Shown here piece by piece: positions 9,350-18,715 of a DNA stretch of 64,000 bases. Every line of letters begins with the position of its first letter. Positions within the stretch are counted from its first letter, which is position 1. This DNA is from an uncultured Pseudomonadales bacterium. GTDB taxonomy: Bacteria > Patescibacteriota > Microgenomatia > UBA1400 > PJMF01. A program made the translations under genes and the position numbers. Location of the stretch: contig CAYWDM010000003.1 in NCBI GenBank assembly GCA_964457085.1, positions 64,218 through 128,217 on the forward strand, written 5' to 3'. Below the pieces are notes generated by a model that had not been told where the DNA came from, made no database searches, and saw only the letters and a list, made by a program, of their open reading frames with translations.

Positions 9350-9406
9350 AAAGATTGACTGAAATTGAACGTAGTGACTAGCACATACAGAATGTGAGTT
9401 ATAATT

Positions 9407-9991
9407 TTGTCTATGTCTAGACATCAGCGAGTGGCGGAACTGGTAGAGCAAGCATACGCAACCTCAGATCAAGATTTCGCGCAGTGGATGTGGCAATTTC
9501 ATTTACAAATAGTGGCCAAAAAAGCAGCAGAGTTGGCAGATACGTATGGTGCTGATCCTGACATTGCTGTGGCTGGGGCATGGCTACATGATTTTGGTGA
9601 TGCATTTACCAATCGTCACTCACCAGATCACGAGCAAATTTCTAACAAACAAGGTCGATTGTTACTTGAGAAGGCAGGATATCTTGAATCTGAGATCGAC
9701 CAGGTCATGGATGACGTAATCGCGCCGCATTCGTGTCAAAATGATTTTTTGCCGACTACAGTTGCAGGTAAAGTTATGGCTACTGCCGACGCACTAGCTC
9801 ATTTAAACACTGATTTTTATTTACAATTTGCTTGGAAACATTTGCCAGAAGGTAAAAATTATCAACAATACATTGAGTGGGTGCGGGAAAAAATTGAACG
9901 AGATTTTAATACTAAGATTTTTTTTGAAGCAGTTAAAAACAAAACACGACAACGATACCTGACATTAAAAGAGCTATTCGTAATAAGTTAA
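9407..9991 (+). CDS. HD-domain phosphohydrolase
   Basis: H..H...WLHDFGD motif of HD superfamily. Confidence 0.55.
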   Translation: MSMSRHQRVAELVEQAYATSDQDFAQWMWQFHLQIVAKKAAELADTYGADPDIAVAGAWLHDFGDAFTNRHSPDHEQISNKQGRLLLEKAGYLESEIDQVMDDVIAPHSCQNDFLPTTVAGKVMATADALAHLNTDFYLQFAWKHLPEGKNYQQYIEWVREKIERDFNTKIFFEAVKNKTRQRYLTLKELFVIS

Positions 9992-10003
9992 TTTGGAGGT
10001 TAG

Positions 10004-10408
10004 ATGAACCAAAATTTTGCAGAATTGATCGAACAAGCACAGCAATTGACTGGCAGGCGGGAATTGACCAGTGACATGAGTGTGGGAAAAGTGGCTTGTG
10101 TGGTTCGTTCCAAAAGTGGCAAAATCTATACTGGTCTGAGCATTAAGGCCACTAGTGGTATGGGTTTCTGTGCTGAAATTGCTGCCATGAGTCGGATGAT
10201 TACTGATGGGGAGACTGAAATTGAGATGTTGGTAGCAACAAATGAGAATGGTCGTGTCATTACACCCTGTGGTAAGTGCCGTGAATTTTTATTTCAACTC
10301 AGTCGTGCTAATCTACAAACCAGAATAATCTTGAGTGAGACTGAGTCAGTTACTCTCGAGGAATTATTGCCAAAACGGTGGCAAGAGTATTGGGGTGACA
10401 GGGAGTAA
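10004..10408 (+). CDS. cdd: cytidine deaminase
   Basis: CAEIAAM and PCGKCREFL zinc-binding motifs of CDA family; 134 aa. Confidence 0.7.
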   Translation: MNQNFAELIEQAQQLTGRRELTSDMSVGKVACVVRSKSGKIYTGLSIKATSGMGFCAEIAAMSRMITDGETEIEMLVATNENGRVITPCGKCREFLFQLSRANLQTRIILSETESVTLEELLPKRWQEYWGDRE

Positions 10409-10437
10409 CTGTAATTAGTCGCAAGAATTAGAATGCT

Positions 10438-10656
10438 TTAACTCAACTGTTTAAATCTCGGCATTTTTTTTCCAGCTATCACTACATCTTCGGCGAACAT
10501 CGCTAGTGGACGCACCCAAACCGATGCAGTTGGATTGTCGTACAGCGACACATACACCACCAACTCTTCAAGTGTTTCACTGTGTTTGGCCACTGCCAAC
10601 ACCAAGTATTTATTGCCTTTGTAATGTTGGTACATTCCTGGGGTGATTTTTTTCAT
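10438..10656 (-). CDS. DUF1653-like small protein
   Basis: 72 aa; YQHYKGNKY N-terminal signature of DUF1653. Confidence 0.45.
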   Translation of the reverse strand: MKKITPGMYQHYKGNKYLVLAVAKHSETLEELVVYVSLYDNPTASVWVRPLAMFAEDVVIAGKKMPRFKQLS

Positions 10657-10659
10657 AGT

Positions 10660-11181
10660 TTAGTCGTTTTCTGTACTTGGTTCTAATTCTGGATAGAGTT
10701 TTCTGACTGCAAACCAAAAGGCATCACCGAACTTGGTCGGATTTTGGCGTAATTGTTGTTGTAGCTCTTCGCGAGAAAATTTCTCGAATGCCACAGATTC
10801 ATGGTTGAGGGTGGGTTTTTGATCAGTGTAAATCTCAAACAATACGAACAGATGGTTTTCTTTGCGACCAATGACTTCTCGGTTGAAAATTGCCTGGCCA
10901 ATGCGTTTGAATCGAAAATCAGTCAGTCCCATTTCCTCTAAGGCTTCGCGTTTTAGTGCAGTTTCTTCGTTTTCTCCAGCACTGATGTGACCGCCAACGG
11001 GAGAGACAAATTGGCCAGCATCTTGGCGATCAGCTGCTTGTTTTACCAGTGTCCAGTTGCCCTGACTATCGATGACCTCGGCAACTACACAGCAATGCAA
11101 CAGACCTTTTTTATGAGCTTCGTCTTTGGGTACTTGACCAATAACGTCACCGTTTTCAGTAATGATGTCGACCATTTCCAT
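10660..11181 (-). CDS. NUDIX hydrolase
   Basis: Nudix box GGHISAGENEETALKREALEEMGL. Confidence 0.75.
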   Translation of the reverse strand: MEMVDIITENGDVIGQVPKDEAHKKGLLHCCVVAEVIDSQGNWTLVKQAADRQDAGQFVSPVGGHISAGENEETALKREALEEMGLTDFRFKRIGQAIFNREVIGRKENHLFVLFEIYTDQKPTLNHESVAFEKFSREELQQQLRQNPTKFGDAFWFAVRKLYPELEPSTEND

Positions 11182-11320
11182 AGCAATTATCGTACCGCAT
11201 GTATCTATTTTTTTTGCTATTGAATAATAAATTCAGCACCCAAATCTATAGAAAAAGCTTGTTTGATAGGTGGTTTTTTGACAGCATTTGATATACTAGC
11301 TCAGTAGCAACATATAAGGA

Positions 11321-11644
11321 ATGAGACCTATGTCTGAACTCGATCCATTTTCACCAGAAGCAGTGAAGGCTAGAGGATATGACGCTGCCATAGTTGAGAT
11401 ATTTAAACAGCACTCGTTGCCGTTACTTGAGTTTTTGTGGGAGAGTGAGTTCGCTTTTTACCAGGAAATGTTGAAAAATACTGTCAGTAATGATGAATTG
11501 CTTAAACAGTATCAATTGGCAATTTCTGATCCAAATCCAGAGGTATTTGGTGAGTTCGGCGAAGAAGCTTTACTGTTATTACTGCAGCATCGAGGGTATT
11601 CCCAACAGGCCTTAGCTGCACTAGACATTGTTTCCGCTTCATAA
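11321..11644 (+). CDS. hypothetical protein
   Basis: 107 aa ORF, no motif. Confidence 0.35.
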   Translation: MRPMSELDPFSPEAVKARGYDAAIVEIFKQHSLPLLEFLWESEFAFYQEMLKNTVSNDELLKQYQLAISDPNPEVFGEFGEEALLLLLQHRGYSQQALAALDIVSAS

Positions 11645-11755
11645 TCGATTGTTTACGTTGGGCTAATAGAGAGTTGTGTAACTGTTTGGTATGGCCTTTT
11701 ATGATCATGGTAGACTAGTATGGTCAAATGATGAGAGTCCTCAAATAAGGTAACT

Positions 11756-12091
11756 ATGAAAATCGCACAACTTTCCCAAATTGGCAGAATAGCGGTATCG
11801 CACGATCCACAACTTGAAAAAAAATTGCTGATTGAAAAGGGAGTCGTCCCACATTTTACTGGTTACTCATACGTGGAGGTTCCTGTTGATGGCTATGTCA
11901 GTGCCCATCACCACGAAGATATGTGGGAGATGTTCTTTGTGAGCTCAGGAAGAGCCGTGATGTCGATTGATGATGAGGTGTTCGAGATTAGTAAAGGCAG
12001 TTGTATCGTGGTTGAACCAAAAGAGGTGCACACCATCAAAAATGTTGGTAAAACAAAACTGATAATGCAGTATTTTGGAATTACCAAGTAA
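11756..12091 (+). CDS. cupin-domain protein
   Basis: HHHEDMWE...G..V..P...H cupin motifs. Confidence 0.55.
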   Translation: MKIAQLSQIGRIAVSHDPQLEKKLLIEKGVVPHFTGYSYVEVPVDGYVSAHHHEDMWEMFFVSSGRAVMSIDDEVFEISKGSCIVVEPKEVHTIKNVGKTKLIMQYFGITK

Positions 12092-12119
12092 ACGATCTCA
12101 TTTTTCTAGCGAGTCAGCA

Positions 12120-12917
12120 TCACCATTTTTTCTCAATTAGTTTCTTGAGCTCATCTTTAGAATGTTTGGAGGTCAAATCCAAGTTAATTGGGGTGATCGA
12201 GACTTTTTTATTTTTCAGGGTGTCAAAATCAGTACCTGGTTTGGTATTACTCAGATCAAGTCCTTTGCGTAGGTGATAAAAATAACTGCCATCATGGCCA
12301 AAAATCTGACCATAGCCATCTCGTGCCAGATCGCCAACTTCGAATTCAGTCTCGGCGGTGGCTTTGAGCGGAATGTTGACTGAAATCAAGTCAATTTCAT
12401 CGGACAGTTCTTGGTCGATTAGTGCAGCGACTACTTTAGTGGTAATGGCTGCGGCTGGTTCGAAGAGATGGTAGTTTTTAGGATCAGTAAAGTTGATTTC
12501 TTTATATTCTTCGTTGGTCATGCTGAGGTGGAGTGAGGAGACCACAGCCTTGACGCCGTTTAACGCTGCTTCCATACCAGCACCGGCGGTGCCTGAGCTG
12601 AGTACTCGACTGCGACCGGCATTGGAACCGGTGTTGATGCCGGAGACTACTAACCGAGGGGGTTCTTTGAGTAAGTTAAATAGGCCAATCTGGATGCAAT
12701 CGGCGGGAGTGCCGTTGACAGTATAAATCTCAAACTCATGGAGCATGGTTTTTTTGTAGTGGAGGTCGGCTTTTTTGGAGATGGATTTGCCCTGCCAGCT
12801 ACGCTGTGAATCGGGCACCACCACCATGACACTAAACTGTGCCGACAGGGCTTTGAGCAGTGGGTAAAAGCCAACACAGTCAAAGCCGTCATCATTGGAG
12901 AGAAGAATATCAATCAT
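12120..12917 (-). CDS. surE: 5'/3'-nucleotidase SurE
   Basis: N-terminal MIDILLSNDDG signature; start set at ATG 12917 (upstream in-frame extension lacks homology). Confidence 0.8.
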   Translation of the reverse strand: MIDILLSNDDGFDCVGFYPLLKALSAQFSVMVVVPDSQRSWQGKSISKKADLHYKKTMLHEFEIYTVNGTPADCIQIGLFNLLKEPPRLVVSGINTGSNAGRSRVLSSGTAGAGMEAALNGVKAVVSSLHLSMTNEEYKEINFTDPKNYHLFEPAAAITTKVVAALIDQELSDEIDLISVNIPLKATAETEFEVGDLARDGYGQIFGHDGSYFYHLRKGLDLSNTKPGTDFDTLKNKKVSITPINLDLTSKHSKDELKKLIEKKW

Positions 12918-13074
12918 GGTTTGATTATACCTGTGACAGGGTGGGTGAGTGAATGCCACAAAGCGGCAAAAAATGCCACTAGTTTGCAAATTGATGTGTA
13001 TTGGTAGCGTCACCCGTTTCTATTTTGACGGTGGTACCATCCTGCTATATAAAGTTCTGCCATGAGTCGCCTTC

Positions 13075-14418
13075 ATGAGTGAGACAGCCGCCGCCCTACA
13101 CATACCTAGAAGTTTCCGTGAGTATTTTCCAGGCCTGGCGCTGCAATTGGAGGCTTGGTTCCCCAAACTTCGTTTCGAAGAAACCACTTTTGATAATTTA
13201 ATGCCGCTGCTATTGGCGGGTGAAGTTCCACACGCAGTGATGCTGTGGTTGATGAATGGTGATAACTGGCAAAAAGCTTTGGTGGATTTGTTTAACGCTC
13301 ATGTCTTGACCCAGAATATAGACAAGGCAGGGCCAAACGTCGATAGATTGGGAATTTTCGCTTCGTTTATTGACCTGCGACAAGATCAAAAATCTCGTAA
13401 ACCAGTGTCTGGTCGTCCCAAAGGCGAGATGGCGATTGTGAAAGCACAGGGCAGTTGGAGTAAGGCCTTGGCAAACATGATGAAGTATGTGGCTGGGGTT
13501 GATTACCTAGTTAATCTTGATGGCCACAGTCATCTGGCCACCACTCATTTTCAGGAAGTAGGAATCGAGGTGATTAACGTGACCACGGCGTTTGTAATGC
13601 TGGAGGAAATTAAGTCACGGGGATTGTTGAATGAAGAGCTGGAAAACATGATTTGTGGAGTGGATTTTGGGAACTTAGCGTTGGTGGAAGCCATCTGTCA
13701 GCGGATGGGCATGGACTACGCCATTATTCGCAAGCAACGGGAAGCCATTAACGGGGGAGTTAAAACCGAAACCACACATGAGTTGGTATACGGCGATGTT
13801 CGCGGCAAACGGGTAGTTCTGATGGACGACATGATTAGCAGCGGTGGCACTTTGATTAAGACTGTGAAGCTATTGATTGAAAATGGTGCGGAGGAGATTT
13901 TGGTCTGTGCCACCCATCCAGTGTTTGCTCCGAGGGAGTATTACGAGAATCTCCAAGAACTATTGAAAATTGATAAGGTAAAGATCGTGATGACGACTAA
14001 TTCGTTGCCACTCAAACGCGCCGAGTTTGGGGGTGATCGGAGTTTGGCCTACATCAAGAAGAAGAAAAAGAAACCACAAAAAGTGGCTGGTGCGGAGGTG
14101 GCGGGTGAGGCAGTAGTGGGTGAGAGTGCGGCAGCTGCTACTGAAGCAGTCGCAGTGCATGCAGATCAGCCAGTTGAGGCTGCACCAACTGAACGGCGAC
14201 AAGTCGAAATGCTTGATATCGACCGCTTTGTCGGCATCATCATCCAGGCGATGATGCACAGCAGCAACACCGATGATATTCGAGCGACATTAAAGGAACA
14301 TGTAGTAGTACAAGATGATCCGTATGCGATTTATGAACGACTCACCGGCAGACATTTAGACAAGCCAGTTGATGTGGGAGTGTACAGAGAAGGAGAGTTT
14401 GAGATGTTTGAGGAGTAA
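13075..14418 (+). CDS. ribose-phosphate pyrophosphokinase family protein with C-terminal extension
   Basis: VVLMDDMISSGGTL PRPP-binding motif, IFASFIDLRQDQK flexible-loop-like region; ~130-aa C-terminal tail with KKKKKKPQK and Ala-rich stretch; start uncertain. Confidence 0.55.
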   Translation: MSETAAALHIPRSFREYFPGLALQLEAWFPKLRFEETTFDNLMPLLLAGEVPHAVMLWLMNGDNWQKALVDLFNAHVLTQNIDKAGPNVDRLGIFASFIDLRQDQKSRKPVSGRPKGEMAIVKAQGSWSKALANMMKYVAGVDYLVNLDGHSHLATTHFQEVGIEVINVTTAFVMLEEIKSRGLLNEELENMICGVDFGNLALVEAICQRMGMDYAIIRKQREAINGGVKTETTHELVYGDVRGKRVVLMDDMISSGGTLIKTVKLLIENGAEEILVCATHPVFAPREYYENLQELLKIDKVKIVMTTNSLPLKRAEFGGDRSLAYIKKKKKKPQKVAGAEVAGEAVVGESAAAATEAVAVHADQPVEAAPTERRQVEMLDIDRFVGIIIQAMMHSSNTDDIRATLKEHVVVQDDPYAIYERLTGRHLDKPVDVGVYREGEFEMFEE

Positions 14419-14432
14419 GGTGAGGAGGATAT

Positions 14433-15818
14433 TTAGATTGGCAAAGTTATTTGGAATGTGGCTCCATGATTAATTTTACTCTTCACATTGATTGAGCCAC
14501 CAAGTACGTCTGTGACTAAGTTGTATACTTGAGACAATCCTAGTCCAATTCCTCGATTTGGATTTTTTGTTGAATAAAATGGTTCAAAGATATGTGAAAT
14601 ACATTCAGGCCTAATGCCACATCCTGAATCGCTAATATCTATTTCAATTGTCCCTCTTAGTTTTCTGACATTAATTTTGATATTTTTTTGTTCTGTATCT
14701 GATGCATTGCAGCAATCAATTGCATTTGTAATTAAATTACAGAGAATTGGCGACAAATATGTTGGGTCAACTGAGTATCGAAGCAGTGTGTGGCAGTTAA
14801 TTGTCAAATTGATTTTATTACTGCGTAATTGATGTTCAAAAAATAATACATTTTGTTCAATGATTTTTTTTAGTCTAATATTTTCTTTATTTGAGTGTTG
14901 GTTTACTTGTCTTCTGGCCGCCACAATATATGTTTCTATACGAGTTAGTGCTTGATTGGTGATGGATAGTTGGTGTTTGATTGTTTTTGGTTGAGAGGTT
15001 TGGTTGATGTCATGTAGGGCTAAAAAAGCCGCAGTAACTGGCTGAGCAATATCATGCAACATTCCTGCAGAAGATTTGCCTAATTCTGCCAATCTATATA
15101 GTTGAAAAATTCGATCTAAGTGGGCAGAGCGTAGTTGTTGCGTGCGATGGAGCACTTCCTTTTCAAGCAAATCTCTTTCAAGTAATAGTTGAGCTGTGAT
15201 TCTTCTTGCCTCTAAGTCAGCTAACTCAACTTGTTTGCTAAAAACAAATATAACCAAGGTTATTAGAAACAGCATCGTGCTAATAGCCAAACCATCTGCA
15301 AATTGGACTAGTTCTTGGTTCCAACCATTCGAATATGTAATTACTTGATTTGCTTGAAGGATTGAGAGAGTTGTTAAAAAAAGACTATGTATGATGAATA
15401 AAGCAAAGATTTCCTTGGATCCAAACAACATTCCACAGATGAATAGTGAAAGTGCATAAATCAACAAACTTTGTGGTACGTCAACACCCCAGAAAAGTGA
15501 CAAGCCATATCCACACAGACTTAAGATACTCATGAGTAAAATCGAGATATGACGGTAGTTTTCTTGGTTGTTTATTTTCCAGAGTAATGAAAAAAGTAAT
15601 GTGATAAGGATTGGCACGATGAGAGGGACGCCGTTATATGACTGACCCTCAATCATCCGCACAATTATTACTATTATTGTTAGTATCGCACTCAAAGTTG
15701 TTACACCGAATAAACTAATTTTTAGTAGCCAAGATTTTCTTTCGTCAAGATTCTCAGATCTAAAATGTGTTGATATTTCTTCAAGAGGATGGAGAAAAAC
15801 ACTAATTGGATTGGACAT
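14433..15818 (-). CDS. sensor histidine kinase (membrane)
   Basis: ~6 N-terminal TM segments, H-box HDIAQPV, HATPase motifs DSGCGI...GLGL. Confidence 0.8.
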   Translation of the reverse strand: MSNPISVFLHPLEEISTHFRSENLDERKSWLLKISLFGVTTLSAILTIIVIIVRMIEGQSYNGVPLIVPILITLLFSLLWKINNQENYRHISILLMSILSLCGYGLSLFWGVDVPQSLLIYALSLFICGMLFGSKEIFALFIIHSLFLTTLSILQANQVITYSNGWNQELVQFADGLAISTMLFLITLVIFVFSKQVELADLEARRITAQLLLERDLLEKEVLHRTQQLRSAHLDRIFQLYRLAELGKSSAGMLHDIAQPVTAAFLALHDINQTSQPKTIKHQLSITNQALTRIETYIVAARRQVNQHSNKENIRLKKIIEQNVLFFEHQLRSNKINLTINCHTLLRYSVDPTYLSPILCNLITNAIDCCNASDTEQKNIKINVRKLRGTIEIDISDSGCGIRPECISHIFEPFYSTKNPNRGIGLGLSQVYNLVTDVLGGSINVKSKINHGATFQITLPI

Positions 15819-15861
15819 TTGATGATTGAAGTAGCTAGACGACTGAGTTCTTAATGGTTGG

Positions 15862-16593
15862 CTAATAAGATTGCGAATTAGTTGATTTGTATTTTTTCAA
15901 CTCTCCTCCGGACTTAATAAATGCTATCTCATGAGGAATAAGATATCCTACATTTCTCACTGTTTTAATGCACTGCATAGAGAATTGTTGCTCAATACGA
16001 CGTCGAAGTCGACTGATATGTACCTCGATAGTATTCGTACCCATATCATCTGTATTTTCCCAAACACTTTCAATAATCATCGATCTGGTGACAATGCTAC
16101 CTTGGTGTCTGAGCAATATTTCCAGCAGCTGGCCTTCTTTGCAATTTAACTGAATAAACTTGTCCTGATAGGAAAGCTGTTTGTTTGAACTGTCAAAATG
16201 ACATTTTCCAACTGCGTACTTATGTGCCTGATATCTTGGGATTCTGCGAAGTAGGGCTCTGACTCGACATAGCAGTTCCTCTGGGTGAAATGGTTTACTT
16301 AAGAAATCATCCGCACCAATATCAAGACAGTTTAGTTTGTCTTTCATTTCATATTTTGCTGAGATTATGAGACAGGGAATGGTATGGCTGTCATCTCTCC
16401 AATTTTGACATAGTTCCATACCAGTACCATCCGGCAAGCTCAAATCAATTATGGCTAGGTCATAGCTATTTACATCCATTAAATATTCAGCGGCTGATTT
16501 AGTATTAACCTGATCAACAATGTAATTTTTTTTAAGTAATTTTAATAATTGTCTGGCAAGTAGTTGATCATCTTCCACGACTAGTATTCTCAT
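15862..16593 (-). CDS. OmpR-family response regulator
   Basis: MRILVVEDD receiver start, C-terminal winged-helix (RLRRRIE...VRNVGY). Confidence 0.85.
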   Translation of the reverse strand: MRILVVEDDQLLARQLLKLLKKNYIVDQVNTKSAAEYLMDVNSYDLAIIDLSLPDGTGMELCQNWRDDSHTIPCLIISAKYEMKDKLNCLDIGADDFLSKPFHPEELLCRVRALLRRIPRYQAHKYAVGKCHFDSSNKQLSYQDKFIQLNCKEGQLLEILLRHQGSIVTRSMIIESVWENTDDMGTNTIEVHISRLRRRIEQQFSMQCIKTVRNVGYLIPHEIAFIKSGGELKKYKSTNSQSY

Positions 16594-16678
16594 ATTCGAA
16601 TAGTATCTCAGCTATCTGAACGGAAAATGAACTCGTAAAGGGTACGCACTAAAATGTCAAACTAATTGAAAATGATTC

Positions 16679-17299
16679 TTACAATAAAAACCCCGCCAGC
16701 ACATTCACAATTGGCGAGACTATTTGTGATACTGGGGAACTGCCTCCTGCCCAAGGAAAGATCAGTAATATCAACACAAAGGTGCCGTATCGCTCCATAA
16801 AGTCTTCAAACTCAATGGCGGTTTCTCTGGGGAGTACTGCCAGGATGATTTTTGAGCCATCTAGCGGTCCGGCAGGAATTAAATTAAAAACAGCTAACAG
16901 CAGATTGATGATTATCACCTGGCCAAGCACCACCGTAAAAAAGCCCATGCCCAAGATGCCGGTTTTCAGCAACAGACTGGCTACAATGGCGATGGCAATA
17001 TTGGAGAGTGGGCCAGCAGCTGCGATCAAGGCGGTATCTCGAATTGGCTCCTTGAGATTGTAGGGATCAAAAGGTGCGGGTTTGCCCCAACCAAAACTAG
17101 TCAACAACATAGCCAAGGTGCCGATGGGATCGAGGTGGGCAAGGGGATTGAGGGTCAAGCGACCTTTAGCTCGGGGAGTGGGATCACCCAGTTTATCGGT
17201 GACCAGACAGTGAGCATATTCATGGATAGTGATCGAGAGTAATAGGACAGGGAAAATGACGAAGAACGCCAGTGGATTCGAGAATAAGAGGTTAATCAT
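16679..17299 (-). CDS. site-2 protease family (M50) membrane metalloprotease
   Basis: HEYAHCLV HExxH in TM helix plus GPLDGSKI (LDG motif); 206 aa polytopic. Confidence 0.7.
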   Translation of the reverse strand: MINLLFSNPLAFFVIFPVLLLSITIHEYAHCLVTDKLGDPTPRAKGRLTLNPLAHLDPIGTLAMLLTSFGWGKPAPFDPYNLKEPIRDTALIAAAGPLSNIAIAIVASLLLKTGILGMGFFTVVLGQVIIINLLLAVFNLIPAGPLDGSKIILAVLPRETAIEFEDFMERYGTFVLILLIFPWAGGSSPVSQIVSPIVNVLAGFLL

Positions 17300-17442
17300 G
17301 GTCTATACAGTATACCGGCTGTGGCAAGAGTTGGCGGTTGGTTTTCAAACAGATTTTTAAATTGAGTCGCCCGCGACTACTACAAAAGAAACACAATTCG
17401 ACCTCTGGTCTGTCAGGTATCTCTGGCATATAATTACAGTTC

Positions 17443-18366
17443 GTGTCACACGCTACCGCCACCCCTACTAGAAATCCGTTACTCGGAGCAGGCATCTTGC
17501 TGATCATCGCTACTTTTTGGAGTTTCTATGGCGTTTTAGTTCGCATGCTCGGGTATAACATCCCGTTTTTCTATGGTGCCGGAATGCGAAATGTGATCGC
17601 TGGGTTGCTGTTATTAATCCCGTTGCTGTTACTTAAGCAAACCAAGTCAATGCCGGCTCGAGATTGGGCCTGGGCGATTGCTCGGAGTGTGATTGGGATG
17701 TTGGGTATGATCGGCGGCTACGCTGGCTTCTTCTATTTACCCATGGGCACCGCCTATTTCGTTAACTTTAGTGGTGTTGTCATTGGGGGCTTTGTGTTTG
17801 GCAAATTCTTGTTTCAAGAAAAACTGACCCCACTCAAAATCATTGGTTTTTGTCTGGCACTGCTCGGTATGGCATTGGTATATGGAGTCTCATTTAATCC
17901 TGACACCGCCACTTATCTCTGGATGACTTTTTTGGCTGGTTGGGGCGGAGCCTTCTGGACCGTCAGTTCCAAAAAAATCTCCGACAAATATAGTGGACTG
18001 CAGCTCAACACCATTGATTTCTGTACTTTTGGTATCTTAGCAACCACGATTTCATTGTTGCGTCATGAAGTTTGGAGTTGGCCAACTGCCACCGTGCCAT
18101 GGCTCGCTAACTTAATTTTCTTGGTGATGTTTATTATCACTGGCCAATTGATTATCGTTGGCTTCAAACATATCGACGCCCAGCGTGGCAGTTTGGTGTT
18201 GCTACTGGAGGTGGTACTCGGTTCAATACTCGGAGTGGTGGTATTTCAAGAACATCTCTCGTCATGGGCGTTTGTTGGCGGAGCCTTAATTCTAATTGCA
18301 GCCGCACTGCCAGAGGTGGGGGAGTTGTTGAAAGAGCGGCGAAAAAAAGTTGTAGTAGAGTCTTAA
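17443..18366 (+). CDS. DMT (EamA-like) family transporter
   Basis: 307 aa, ~10 TM helices with duplicated 5-TM pattern; GTG start; TATAAT at 17427-17432. Confidence 0.6.
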   Translation: MSHATATPTRNPLLGAGILLIIATFWSFYGVLVRMLGYNIPFFYGAGMRNVIAGLLLLIPLLLLKQTKSMPARDWAWAIARSVIGMLGMIGGYAGFFYLPMGTAYFVNFSGVVIGGFVFGKFLFQEKLTPLKIIGFCLALLGMALVYGVSFNPDTATYLWMTFLAGWGGAFWTVSSKKISDKYSGLQLNTIDFCTFGILATTISLLRHEVWSWPTATVPWLANLIFLVMFIITGQLIIVGFKHIDAQRGSLVLLLEVVLGSILGVVVFQEHLSSWAFVGGALILIAAALPEVGELLKERRKKVVVES

Positions 18367-18381
18367 TACGTGTAAATCAGG

Positions 18382-18410
18382 TTGCCCAGATTCCTGCTTA
18401 ATGATACAAT
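18382..18410 (+). promoter_or_regulatory. candidate sigma70 promoter for rpmB
   Basis: TTGCCC -17 nt- TACAAT immediately upstream of L28 gene. Confidence 0.4.
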
Positions 18411-18419
18411 CCACAAGTT

Positions 18420-18638
18420 ATGAAAAGTTTTTCGTTCAAGTTTCCAGTAATCGCTCACATGGGCCACAGTGTGTCTCATGCAAAAAATCGCCATAGTCGT
18501 GCATTTAAATACAATCTGCACACCGTGACTGTTTTAGTAGAAGGTGTCAAAAAACGCATGAAGTTGCCCGCTCGGATGATTAAATTCCTCCGCAAATCTG
18601 GTGTAACTACTCATTACAAACCACCAGTCAAAGCATAA
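18420..18638 (+). CDS. rpmB: 50S ribosomal protein L28
   Basis: HSVSHAKNRHSRAFKYNLH matches bL28 core (G.NVSHANN.T.RRF.PNL); 72 aa. Confidence 0.65.
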   Translation: MKSFSFKFPVIAHMGHSVSHAKNRHSRAFKYNLHTVTVLVEGVKKRMKLPARMIKFLRKSGVTTHYKPPVKA

Positions 18639-18658
18639 TTTTACTTTTGTAAATTTGA

Positions 18659-18684
18659 AATCCCAGCTTCGGCTGGGATTTTTG
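18659..18684 (+). terminator. rho-independent terminator
   Basis: aatcccagc-ttcg-gctgggatt hairpin followed by TTTTT. Confidence 0.7.
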
Positions 18685-18715
18685 GTTCTAGGGTGAAAAG
18701 TCAGCTGTCGATTAG

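Noticed and set aside
11277-11300. TTGACA ... TATACT promoter-like hexamers upstream of 11321 ORF
   Set aside because: The spacer is only ~8 nt, which is incompatible with a sigma70-type promoter.
12918-13013. In-frame N-terminal extension of the SurE ORF
   Set aside because: The conserved SurE N-terminus MIDILLSNDDG begins at the internal ATG 12917. The 32 upstream residues have no counterpart in SurE proteins.
13035-13045. 11-mer GTACCATCCTG also present at 29510-29520 (upstream of topA)
   Set aside because: A single shared 11-mer between two intergenic regions is expected by chance many times in 64 kb. There is no extended similarity around it.
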